A DNA stretch of 64,000 nucleotides, taken from Gammaproteobacteria bacterium. GTDB lineage: Bacteria > Pseudomonadota > Gammaproteobacteria > Steroidobacterales > Steroidobacteraceae. The stretch covers positions 50,459 to 114,458 of the forward strand of contig JBBILX010000011.1 in the NCBI GenBank assembly GCA_037444685.1, read 5' to 3'. The translations under genes were made by a program, and so were the position numbers. This document shows positions 8,731 through 16,846 of this stretch, piece by piece; position 1 is the first letter of the stretch; each line of letters opens with the position of its first letter. The notes below the pieces were generated by a model that worked only from the letters and a program-made list of their open reading frames with translations, was not told where the DNA came from and ran no database searches.

Positions 8731-10007
8731 TGCCGCTCCGCGACGGCAGCGGTGAGCGCGGTCACGCAGCGCCAGAGGTCCTCGTAGCCGTTATAGAACG
8801 GCACCGGCGCGAGCCGCAGCACGTCGGGTTCGCGCAGATCGCCGACGACACCCGCGAGGCGCAGCGCTGCGTGGACGCGGCGCGCCTCGCCGGGCCGCGA
8901 AAACCGCAACGAGAGCTGGCAACCGCGCCGCACCGGATCGTCCGGCGTCAACAGCGCAACCGATCCGGTGCAGCGCGCGCCGATCAGACCGGCGAGCGTC
9001 GCCGTGAGGCGCATGGAGCGTGCGCGCAGCGACGCGAGGCCGGCGCGCCGGAACAGCCCGAGGGAAGCCAGCAGCGGGGCGGTTGACAATACGGGCGGAT
9101 TGCTGACCGCCCAGCCCGCGGCACCGCGCGCGGGCGCGAAGCGCGGCCCCATCAGGAAGCGAGTCGACGGCTCGTGGCCCCACCAGCCAGCCAGACGCAG
9201 CGCGCCCGGCTCGAGTCCGTGACGCTCATGAACGAACGCGCCGCCGATCGCGCCAGGTCCGGCGTTGAGATACTTGTAGCTGCACCAGACCGCAAAGTCG
9301 GCGTCGTCGGCCGGCAGGTTCAGGGGCAGGTTGCCGATCGCGTGGGCATGGTCGAAGCCCGCGAGCGCGCCGACGCGATGCGCCGCGCGGGCGATCCGCG
9401 CGCAGTCGAAGGCCTGGCCGGTCCGGTACTGGACTCCCGGCCAGAGCACCAGCGCGAGCCTCTCGCCCTCGCGCTCGATCGCCGCGTCGATCGCGTCTGG
9501 CTCGAGCGTCGCCGCGCCGCCCTCCGGCGCGACTTCGACGAGGTCCTCGGCGGGATCGAGCCCGTGCCAGGCGATCTGCGCGGCGACCGCATGCCGGTCG
9601 GAGGCGAAGGCGCCGGCCTCGATGAGGATGCGACGCCGTTTGCCGCGCGGGCGGTAGAAGCTCGCCAGCATCAAATGCAGGTTGACCGTCAGCGAGTTCA
9701 TGGCCACGACCTCGTGCGGTCTTGCGCCCGTCAGCGCGCAGAGACCCTCCACGGCGAAGTCGGCGTAGTCGATCCACGGGCGGCGCGCGTCGTGATGCGC
9801 CTCGACGCCGAGGCGTGCCCAGTCGTCCAGCTCCGCGATCACCGCCGCGCGCGCCGCGCGCGGCATCAGGCCGAGCGAGTGACCGCACAGATAGGCGAGC
9901 GGCCGGCTGGTCTGATCAAGCGGCCGCTCGAAGCTCTCGGCGCCGAGCGGCAGCGGATCCGCAGCGTCGAGCGCGCGTGCCGCCTCGAGTGACTCCGGCA
10001 GGTTCAT
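8727..10007 (-). CDS. kynU: kynureninase
   Basis: The true start is the internal ATG at 10007 (MNLPESLEAARALD...), giving 426 aa. It has the PLP-enzyme context WCSYKYLNAGPGAIGG. The upstream 94 codons of ORF 8727..10289 overlap the neighbouring gene. Confidence 0.9.
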   Translation of the reverse strand: MNLPESLEAARALDAADPLPLGAESFERPLDQTSRPLAYLCGHSLGLMPRAARAAVIAELDDWARLGVEAHHDARRPWIDYADFAVEGLCALTGARPHEVVAMNSLTVNLHLMLASFYRPRGKRRRILIEAGAFASDRHAVAAQIAWHGLDPAEDLVEVAPEGGAATLEPDAIDAAIEREGERLALVLWPGVQYRTGQAFDCARIARAAHRVGALAGFDHAHAIGNLPLNLPADDADFAVWCSYKYLNAGPGAIGGAFVHERHGLEPGALRLAGWWGHEPSTRFLMGPRFAPARGAAGWAVSNPPVLSTAPLLASLGLFRRAGLASLRARSMRLTATLAGLIGARCTGSVALLTPDDPVRRGCQLSLRFSRPGEARRVHAALRLAGVVGDLREPDVLRLAPVPFYNGYEDLWRCVTALTAAVAERQ

Positions 10008-10864
10008 GCGGGCTCGGCCGCGTACAGCAGCGGCGCGCTCGGTACCGCATCGCCGTCGATCTCCGGCAGCGTCAGCTGCAGCAGCGCGACGCCATCGGCG
10101 ACTGCGTCGGGCACGAAGGCGAGTTCGGTCACGGTGCATCCGCGGCGCGCGGCGTCCGTGGCTCCGCCGGCACCTCGGGCAGGCAGACCGAAGAAGGCGC
10201 GGTGAACGGCGAGCTCGCCCGCGTCGTGACTGCGATCGAGCGAAGGAAGGTCGACGACGAGATGCCGGGTGCCCCGCGCGATCAGCCATTCGGCCGCCTC
10301 AAGCGTCAGGAACGGGGCGCAGCGGTCGGAGTAGTCGCGCGTCAGCTTCGCCGTGTCGTTCGGCAGGGTGCGGATCACGATCGCCAGCGGCGGCTCGTCT
10401 CTCGGCAGGGGTCGTGCGGCCCGCAGTCGCTCCTCGACGGCTCGCAGGGCCGCGCGCAGCGCGGCGCTGGTGACGACCGCGTCGTACGGCGCTGGCGGCG
10501 GGCGCGTCGTCTCGGTGCTGTCCGCCGCGCGGACGAGCGGCGTCGACAGCACGAGCGCCGGCAGCGGACCGCGCGGCGCAAGTTCGCGCACGTGGATGCG
10601 CTCGGCCGTGAGGTGCCCGACGCACTCGGTATGGGTGCCGTGGCAATGCGGCGTCAGGGTCAGCGTGGTGCAGTTGCAGCTTGCGCCGTCGCGCACGTCG
10701 CCAGTGAAGTCGCCGATGCGCAATGGGGCGCTGGTCGGCGGCGGCGCGCCGAAATGACGCAGGCCCGGCGCATCGAAGCGCAGCGGAATCGCAAGGCTGC
10801 GCGGGCGCGCCAGCGAGGCGCGCCAATCGCGCCCGAGTGCGCGCCAGCGCACTGTCAGGCTCAC
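10004..10864 (-). CDS. cyclase-superfamily protein, candidate kynurenine (aryl)formamidase
   Basis: The GTG start at 10864 overlaps the HAAO stop (GTGA), and the stop overlaps the kynU ATG (ATGA). Cyclase-like motifs are HCHGTHTECVGH, VVDLPSLD and AVHRAFFG. The function is inferred from operon context. Confidence 0.55.
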   Translation of the reverse strand: MSLTVRWRALGRDWRASLARPRSLAIPLRFDAPGLRHFGAPPPTSAPLRIGDFTGDVRDGASCNCTTLTLTPHCHGTHTECVGHLTAERIHVRELAPRGPLPALVLSTPLVRAADSTETTRPPPAPYDAVVTSAALRAALRAVEERLRAARPLPRDEPPLAIVIRTLPNDTAKLTRDYSDRCAPFLTLEAAEWLIARGTRHLVVDLPSLDRSHDAGELAVHRAFFGLPARGAGGATDAARRGCTVTELAFVPDAVADGVALLQLTLPEIDGDAVPSAPLLYAAEPA

Positions 10865-11376
10865 CGCGGGCGCTCCAACCTCGCACCGCAGTGGCGGCAG
10901 AGCAGGTTGTCGGGATTGCCGTAGAAGCGTTCGAACAGCGGCGGAAACTGCGTCTCGATGTCGGTCAGCGCGAGTTCCTCCTCGTAGAGCAGCGCCGCGC
11001 AGCTCTCGCAATACCACTGAAAGGCGTCCAGCTCGCCGTCGCGCCGCTGCCGCTCGACCACCAGGCCGACGGTGTCGGGATAGCGCTGCGGCGAATGCGG
11101 TACCCGCGGCGGCAGCAGCAGCACCTCACCCTCGCGGATCGGCACATCGACGATCCGCCCCTGCTGCACGGTGCGCAACAGCATGTCGCCTTCGAGCTGA
11201 TAGAAGAACTCCTCGCCCGGGTCGACGTGGAAGTCCTTGCGCGAGTTCGGGCCGCCGACCACCATGATGATGAACTCGCTGTCACGAAACAGGCACTTGT
11301 TGCCGACGGGCGGCTTGAGCAGCGATCGATGCTCGTCGATCCAGCCCCGCAAATTGAACGCAGTCAGCGGTTTCAT
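10861..11376 (-). CDS. nbaC: 3-hydroxyanthranilate 3,4-dioxygenase
   Basis: It has a cupin core with DFHVDPGEEFFYQLEGDMLL and PPRVPHSPQR, plus C-terminal Cys pairs (CESC...CRHC). Confidence 0.9.
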   Translation of the reverse strand: MKPLTAFNLRGWIDEHRSLLKPPVGNKCLFRDSEFIIMVVGGPNSRKDFHVDPGEEFFYQLEGDMLLRTVQQGRIVDVPIREGEVLLLPPRVPHSPQRYPDTVGLVVERQRRDGELDAFQWYCESCAALLYEEELALTDIETQFPPLFERFYGNPDNLLCRHCGARLERPR

Positions 11377-11396
11377 GGCCCCGATTCTCGTACACT

Positions 11397-11423
11397 CACA
11401 ACGGTTATGGTACGCACAACGGT
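11397..11423. repeat. direct repeat CACAACGGT x2 (18-bp register) in a divergent promoter region
   Basis: CACAACGGT occurs at 11397-11405 and 11415-11423. Each copy is preceded by GTAC. The repeat lies between the HAAO start (11376) and the lipoprotein start (11439). Confidence 0.5.
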
Positions 11424-11438
11424 CCAGGGAGTGTCGGC

Positions 11439-11945
11439 ATGAGACGACACGGTTCCAGCGCCCGGTGGCGACCTCGCATCGCCCTGCTGACGCTGTCCGC
11501 CTTGCTGATGGCGGGCTGCTCTAGCCTCGGCCTGCCCAGGCCGAGCTGGCCGTTCGCGGCGCGGCCAGCGCCGGCGCCAGAGGTCGTCGACGAGCTACTG
11601 TTCGAGTCCGTGGGCGACGCGCCCGTGAACGCCTTCCCGCAGTACTTCCGGCGCAATACGCTGATCGTCGACATGACTGCGGCCGGCGCCGCGGGCGCCG
11701 TCACGTTACGGCCGCGCTCCCGGTTCGGCTGGCCGGTCCGCGTCGCCTTCCGCGTGCGGCCGGGTGCGTTCGCCGCGCTCGAGGTGTTCGGGGCCCAACG
11801 ACTCGTGCTGCCGGTCGTCGCCGACGGGCGCCGCACCACGCTCGATCTCGAGCTGCCGCCGGGTTTCGTGCCGGCCCGCGACGATCGCGCGATCGAAGTG
11901 CGCTGGGGCGCGGTCGGCGGGGTTCAGTCCGTGCCGATCGGCTGA
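11439..11945 (+). CDS. hypothetical lipoprotein
   Basis: It has a lipobox signal peptide (IALLTLSALLMAGCSS). I recognised no family. The 3' end overlaps the convergent apaH by 22 nt. Confidence 0.6.
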   Translation: MRRHGSSARWRPRIALLTLSALLMAGCSSLGLPRPSWPFAARPAPAPEVVDELLFESVGDAPVNAFPQYFRRNTLIVDMTAAGAAGAVTLRPRSRFGWPVRVAFRVRPGAFAALEVFGAQRLVLPVVADGRRTTLDLELPPGFVPARDDRAIEVRWGAVGGVQSVPIG

Positions 11946-12754
11946 TAGCCCGCGCAGGGTTCGCTGTAGCGACAGCGCTCGTCGAGCGACCACGCGGTCA
12001 GGCTGCCGCCCCAGACGCAGCCCGTGTCGAGCGCCACGATATCGCCCGCGTCGAGGAAGCCGAGCGTCGACCAATGGCCGAACAGGATCGGCGTGCCGGC
12101 GCTGGCACGGCCCGGGACGCGAAACCAGGGCATGAACTCGCCGTCGTCCTGCGACGGTGCCTGCTTGCGCGACAGGTCCATCAGGCCGCGCACCGTGCAG
12201 TAGCGCAGCCGGGTCAGCGCGTTGATGACGCAGCGCCAGCGCTCCGGCCCGCGCAGTGCGTCGTGCCAGCGCGCGGGCTGGTTGCCGTACATCGAGTCGA
12301 GCAGCTGGCGCGGTCGTGAGCGCAGCACAGCGCCCACTTCGCCGGCCAGCCTCAGCGCGTCGCTGGCGCTCCACTGCGGCAGCAGCCCGGCGTGGACCAG
12401 CAGTTCCGGCCGGTCGGGGTCGCGGTGCGCGAGCGGTCGGGTCAGCAGCCATTCGATCAACTCTTCGCGATCCGGTGCCTCGAGTACGTCGGCGAGCGTG
12501 TCGCTGCGCTTGGGTCGCGCGGCGGTGCCGAGCGCCAGCGCCAGCAGGTGCAGATCGTGATTGCCGAGCACGACCACCGCGTTGTCGCCGAGCGCGCGGA
12601 CGAGGCGCAGCACGCCGGCCGAGTCGGGACCGCGGTTGACGAGATCGCCGACGAACCAGATCTGGTCGCGGTCGCTGCGGAAGCGCAGTCGCGCGAGCAG
12701 GGCGCGCAGCTCCGCAGCGCAGCCCTGCACGTCGCCAATCGCGTAGTGGCCCAT
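11924..12754 (-). CDS. apaH: bis(5'-nucleosyl)-tetraphosphatase, symmetrical
   Basis: MGHYAIGDVQGC, GDLVNRGP and GNHDLHLL metallophosphatase motifs are present. I chose the internal ATG at 12754. Confidence 0.9.
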   Translation of the reverse strand: MGHYAIGDVQGCAAELRALLARLRFRSDRDQIWFVGDLVNRGPDSAGVLRLVRALGDNAVVVLGNHDLHLLALALGTAARPKRSDTLADVLEAPDREELIEWLLTRPLAHRDPDRPELLVHAGLLPQWSASDALRLAGEVGAVLRSRPRQLLDSMYGNQPARWHDALRGPERWRCVINALTRLRYCTVRGLMDLSRKQAPSQDDGEFMPWFRVPGRASAGTPILFGHWSTLGFLDAGDIVALDTGCVWGGSLTAWSLDERCRYSEPCAGYQPIGTD

Positions 12755-12764
12755 CGCTGGCGTG

Positions 12765-13136
12765 CTACTGCAGCACGCCGGGCTTGGCGAGGCGGAACGG
12801 CGCGATCGGCGCGTCGAAGCGCTCGCCATCGTCAGCGAGCATCTGGTAGCTGCCGTGCATGACGCCGACAGGGGTTTCGATCACCGCTCCGCTCGAGTAG
12901 CGGAAACCCTGGCCCGGCTGCAGATAGGGTTGCTCGCCGACCACACCGTCGCCGCGCACCTCCTGGACGCGACCGTCGGCGTCGGTGATGATCCAGTGGC
13001 GCGTCATCAGCCGCGCGGCGACCTCGCCTTCGTTACGGATGGTGATCGTGTAGGCGAACACGTAGCGGCGCTCGCGTGGCTCCGACTGGTCGGCGAGGTA
13101 GGCCGTCTCGACGTCGATGCCGATCCGATGGCGCAT
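12765..13136 (-). CDS. apaG: ApaG protein
   Basis: The typical ApaG sequence [46 protein letters not shown] is present. Confidence 0.9.
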   Translation of the reverse strand: MRHRIGIDVETAYLADQSEPRERRYVFAYTITIRNEGEVAARLMTRHWIITDADGRVQEVRGDGVVGEQPYLQPGQGFRYSSGAVIETPVGVMHGSYQMLADDGERFDAPIAPFRLAKPGVLQ

Positions 13137-13163
13137 GTCGACGGCCCTGCGTGCGCTCCGGCC

Positions 13164-13607
13164 TCAGCTCCTGCCGCCGGGGATACGAACCGCCAGCACG
13201 TCGCAGGGCGCTTCATGCAGCACCGTGTCCTCGGTCAGGTTTACGAGGACCGAAACGCCGTGTCGCTCGCGGCTGCCGATGACGATCAGATCGGCACCGC
13301 GTTCCCGGGCGACGCGGATGATCTCCACCTTGATGCTGCCGGGTTCGACGAAGACAGAGTCGGCCGCGATGCCGACCTCGGCCGCGAAGGCGAACAGACG
13401 CTGCCGAGCCCGCTCGATCAGCTCCTCCTCGATCTGCACCGCCGGCATCAGCGTCTCGCCCATCGGCTCGACGGGCACGAACTCGAAAACGTGCAGCAGT
13501 TCGACCTTGCCGCCACAGGCCTGCGCGACCTCGAGCGCGCGACGCGCGATCAGCCCGGCATCCTCGCCGAGATCGACGACGCACAGGATCTTGCGATACA
13601 GGCCCAT
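13164..13607 (-). CDS. universal stress protein (UspA family)
   Basis: MGLYRKILCVVDLGEDA..., ADLIVIGSRERHG and PCDVLAVR are present. I chose the internal ATG at 13607, 10 nt after the rsmA stop. Confidence 0.8.
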   Translation of the reverse strand: MGLYRKILCVVDLGEDAGLIARRALEVAQACGGKVELLHVFEFVPVEPMGETLMPAVQIEEELIERARQRLFAFAAEVGIAADSVFVEPGSIKVEIIRVARERGADLIVIGSRERHGVSVLVNLTEDTVLHEAPCDVLAVRIPGGRS

Positions 13608-13617
13608 GCGCGAAACG

Positions 13618-14394
13618 CTAGCCGCTCGGCATCTGCCGCGCAAGCGCTCCGAACTGCGCCGGGCTCAACGTCTCGGGTCGTGCGCCGGGATCGATGCCGG
13701 CCGCCTCGATGTCGGCCGCGTCGAGCAGGCCACGGCAGGCGTTGCGCAGCGTCTTGCGGCGCTGCGAAAACGCCGCGCTGACGACTCGACCGTAGCGCGC
13801 ATCGACCGCGAAGGCGGGACTGCGCCGCACGCTGAGCCGCACGACGGCCGACCAGACCCGTGGCGGCGGCTGGAACGCCCCGGGTCCGACCTCGAACAGC
13901 GTTTCGGCCTCGACCCAGGGCGCCAGCATCACACCGAGTCGTCCGTAGTGCTCGCTGCCCGGCTCGGCGACGATGCGCGCAACGACCTCCCGCTGCAGCA
14001 TCACGTGCATGTCGTCGATGGCGGCCGGGCTCTCGAGCAGGTGGAACAGCAGCGGCGTGGACACGTTGTAAGGGAGGTTGCCGACGATGCGCAGGCGCTG
14101 CCCCCGCTCGGCGGACAGCGCGGCGAAGTCGAAGCGGAGCGCATCGGCACGGTGCAGCACGAAGCCGGCCGCACCGGCGAACGAACGCGCGAGTTCGGCC
14201 GCGAGATCGCGATCGATCTCCACTGCGTCGAGCCGGCCTGCGGCCGCGAGCAGTCCGCGGGTCAGAGCGCCGTGTCCGGGACCGATCTCGACGAGCGCGT
14301 CGCCCGGTCGGGCGGCGACGGCCGCGAGGATCCGTTCGCGCGTCGCCGGATCGTGCAGGAAATGCTGCCCGAAACGCCTGCGAGCGAACACCAT
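13618..14394 (-). CDS. rsmA: 16S rRNA (adenine1518/1519-N6)-dimethyltransferase
   Basis: RRRFGQHFLHD, VEIGPGHGALT and IVGNLPYNVSTPLLFHLL are present. Confidence 0.92.
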   Translation of the reverse strand: MVFARRRFGQHFLHDPATRERILAAVAARPGDALVEIGPGHGALTRGLLAAAGRLDAVEIDRDLAAELARSFAGAAGFVLHRADALRFDFAALSAERGQRLRIVGNLPYNVSTPLLFHLLESPAAIDDMHVMLQREVVARIVAEPGSEHYGRLGVMLAPWVEAETLFEVGPGAFQPPPRVWSAVVRLSVRRSPAFAVDARYGRVVSAAFSQRRKTLRNACRGLLDAADIEAAGIDPGARPETLSPAQFGALARQMPSG

Positions 14395-14406
14395 CCGACG
14401 CGCTGC

Positions 14407-15423
14407 TCAGCCGCTCGCAGCGCAGTCTGCCGAGCGCGCTGCGAACTCGATGGCGAGGCGCAGCGCCGCACGCAGGCTGCCGGGGTCGGCGCGGCCGCTG
14501 CCAGCGAGTGTCAGCGCGGTGCCGTGGTCGACCGACGTGCGCAGGATAGGCAGGCCCAGTGTGACGTTGACCGCCTCACCGAAGCCGGCGTGTTTGAGGA
14601 CCGGCAGGCCCTGGTCGTGGTACATCGCGAGCACGACGTCGTGCTGGGACAGTTCGCGCGGCACGAACACCGTATCGGCCGGCAGCGGTCCGGCGACGCT
14701 GATGCCTGCGCGGCGCGCCTCGTCGATCGCCGGGCCGATGGTCTCGATCTCCTCATCACCGAGGTGACCCGCTTCGCCGGCGTGCGGGTTCAGGCCGCAG
14801 ACGGCAATCCGCGGCCGCGCCAGACCCCAGAGTCGGCGCAGGTCGGCATCGACGACACGCAGGGTTGCGACGAGCCGCTCGCGCGTGATGGCCGAGCTGA
14901 CCTCGCGCAGCGCGACATGCGTCGTCGCCAGCGCGACCCGCAGCGTCCCGGCGACCAGCAGCATCACCGGCTGGGCGCAGCCGGTGCGTTCGGCGAGGTA
15001 CTCAGTGTGCCCGGAGAACGGCACGCCGGCGTCGTTGATCACGCTCTTCTGCACGGGCGCCGTGACCAGCGCGTCAATACGGCCTGCCGCGATACCGTCG
15101 AGCGCGCCATCGAGCAGGGCGAGCACGTAGCGGCCGTTGGCCGGATCGAGGCGACCTGGCTCGGCGGGCATGGCGAGCGGCCGGTGCGCGACGGTCAGCG
15201 TGCCACGTCGGTGTCGGACGGGGGATTGGTCGGGGTCGAACTCGCGCAACTGCAACGGCTGGCCGATTGCACGCGCGCGTTCGGCCAGCAGCTCCCGATC
15301 GCAGAAACAGACCAGCTCGCAGTCCCAGTCGTGCTGCGCGGCGATCATCGCGCAGAGTTCGGGGCCGACGCCTGCCGGTTCCCCGGAGGTCAGCGCGATG
15401 CGCAGGGTTTGCGTCCCGCTCAC
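14407..15423 (-). CDS. pdxA: 4-hydroxythreonine-4-phosphate dehydrogenase
   Basis: IALTSGEPAGVGPEL, GHTEYLA, NPHAGE and RTSVDHGTA are present. The GTG at 15423 gives 338 aa; an alternative ATG at 15468 would overlap surA. Confidence 0.9.
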   Translation of the reverse strand: MSGTQTLRIALTSGEPAGVGPELCAMIAAQHDWDCELVCFCDRELLAERARAIGQPLQLREFDPDQSPVRHRRGTLTVAHRPLAMPAEPGRLDPANGRYVLALLDGALDGIAAGRIDALVTAPVQKSVINDAGVPFSGHTEYLAERTGCAQPVMLLVAGTLRVALATTHVALREVSSAITRERLVATLRVVDADLRRLWGLARPRIAVCGLNPHAGEAGHLGDEEIETIGPAIDEARRAGISVAGPLPADTVFVPRELSQHDVVLAMYHDQGLPVLKHAGFGEAVNVTLGLPILRTSVDHGTALTLAGSGRADPGSLRAALRLAIEFAARSADCAASG

Positions 15424-15439
15424 GCGGTGTGCCGCTGCC

Positions 15440-16774
15440 TCAGAGCCGGGTCTCGACGTAGGCTTCATCGCGCAGGCGGCGCAACCACAGCTCGGTCTCC
15501 TCCTCGGCCCTGCTCTCGCGAAGCTGCAGGAACGCGCGCTGACGTCGCAGCTCTTCGGTGTTGTCGAAATCGCGTCGGCCGAGTACCTGGACGATGTGCC
15601 AGCCGAACTGCGTCCGGAACGGCTCGCTGATCTCGTTTTCGGCGAGACTCGCGAGCACCGCCTCGAATTCGGGAACGAAATTGCCTGGCGCGTTCCAGCC
15701 GAGATCACCGCCCTCGGCGGCCGAACCGGGGTCCTCGGACACGGTCTTGGCGAGGCCAGCGAAATCCTCGCCAGCGAGGATCCGCTGACGGATGGCCAGC
15801 AGCCGCTGGCGTACCGTCGCATCGTCCTGGATCTCGTTTGGCTTGAGCAGGATATGGCGCGCGAGCGTCTGGCGCACCACCGATGGCACGTCGGCGCCGC
15901 GCACCTCGTTCAGGCGCACGATGTGATAGCCCGTCGGCGTGCGCAGCGGTTCGCTGACCTCGCCGGGTTTGAGGCCGACGACGAGGTCGGCGAGTACGGT
16001 CGGGATCTCGGGGCCGCGGCGCCAGCCGAGGTTGCCGCCGTCGAGCGCGGTCTGGCTGTTCGAGTAGGCGACCGCGAGGCGCGCGAAATCCTCTCCGCCG
16101 CGGGCACGCTCGACGACCTCGCGCGCGCGGCGGGCCGCCTCGTCGAGCTGCTGCGGGGTGGCGGCCTGCGGGACCGCGATCAGGATGTGCGAGAGGTTGT
16201 ACTCGTTGAGCTCCGATGGGCGCGATTTCTGCTTCTCGAGGTACTGCTCGAGCTCGCGCGGACTGACGTTGATGCGCTGTATCACGTCGCGCTGCCTGAG
16301 GATCTGCAGCGTGAGCTCGCGGCGCAGGCTGTCGCGATAGCTCGCGTAATCGATGCCTTGGCTGGCGAGCGCCTCAGGCAGCTGCGCGAGCTGCAGGCCG
16401 TTTCGCTGCGCGACGTCGGCGAGCGCCGCGTTGAGCTGCTCGTCGCCAATGCGTATGCCGGCGCGCCTCGCGCGCTGCATCTGGATCTCCTGAAGGATAA
16501 GGCGCTCGAGGACCTGCTGGCGCAGCACCGCCGGTGGCGGCAGCTCGAGTCCCTGCTGTCTGAGCCGCTCGGCGATCAGCAGCGCCTGCTCCTCGAGTTC
16601 GCTCTCGAGGACGATCCCGTCGTTCACGACCGCGACGACGCGATCGAGCTTCTGGCCGGTATTGCTGGTCGCGCGTGTCGGCGTGGCCGTGACCTCGGAG
16701 GCCGACTGTTGCGCCGCGACGATCGTCGGCAGGCTCAGCAGCAAGACCAGGGCGCAAGCGGTGTGACGGGTCAT
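15440..16774 (-). CDS. surA: periplasmic chaperone / peptidyl-prolyl isomerase SurA
   Basis: It has the signal peptide [23 protein letters not shown]. Two parvulin modules are visible (HILI...GGNLGW, HILL...GGDLGW). I chose the internal ATG at 16774. Confidence 0.9.
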   Translation of the reverse strand: MTRHTACALVLLLSLPTIVAAQQSASEVTATPTRATSNTGQKLDRVVAVVNDGIVLESELEEQALLIAERLRQQGLELPPPAVLRQQVLERLILQEIQMQRARRAGIRIGDEQLNAALADVAQRNGLQLAQLPEALASQGIDYASYRDSLRRELTLQILRQRDVIQRINVSPRELEQYLEKQKSRPSELNEYNLSHILIAVPQAATPQQLDEAARRAREVVERARGGEDFARLAVAYSNSQTALDGGNLGWRRGPEIPTVLADLVVGLKPGEVSEPLRTPTGYHIVRLNEVRGADVPSVVRQTLARHILLKPNEIQDDATVRQRLLAIRQRILAGEDFAGLAKTVSEDPGSAAEGGDLGWNAPGNFVPEFEAVLASLAENEISEPFRTQFGWHIVQVLGRRDFDNTEELRRQRAFLQLRESRAEEETELWLRRLRDEAYVETRL

Positions 16775-16846
16775 CGGTAAAAGACTCCAAGGCCGATCCA
16801 GCATTCTAGCGAGAGAGTCGACTGCAGCGCGCGGCAAGCTTTCAGA

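Noticed and set aside
10865-11017. The first 51 codons of ORF 10004..11017, overlapping the HAAO gene
   Set aside because: This part overlaps the 3' end of a clearly real HAAO gene. The GTG at 10864 gives a clean GTGA stop/start junction, consistent with the other junctions in the operon.
13117-15630. An 837-aa + strand ORF spanning usp, rsmA and pdxA on the opposite strand
   Set aside because: It is a high-GC antisense shadow. The translation is Arg/Ala/Ser/Pro-rich with no recognisable motifs, whereas the - strand encodes three clearly identifiable conserved proteins.
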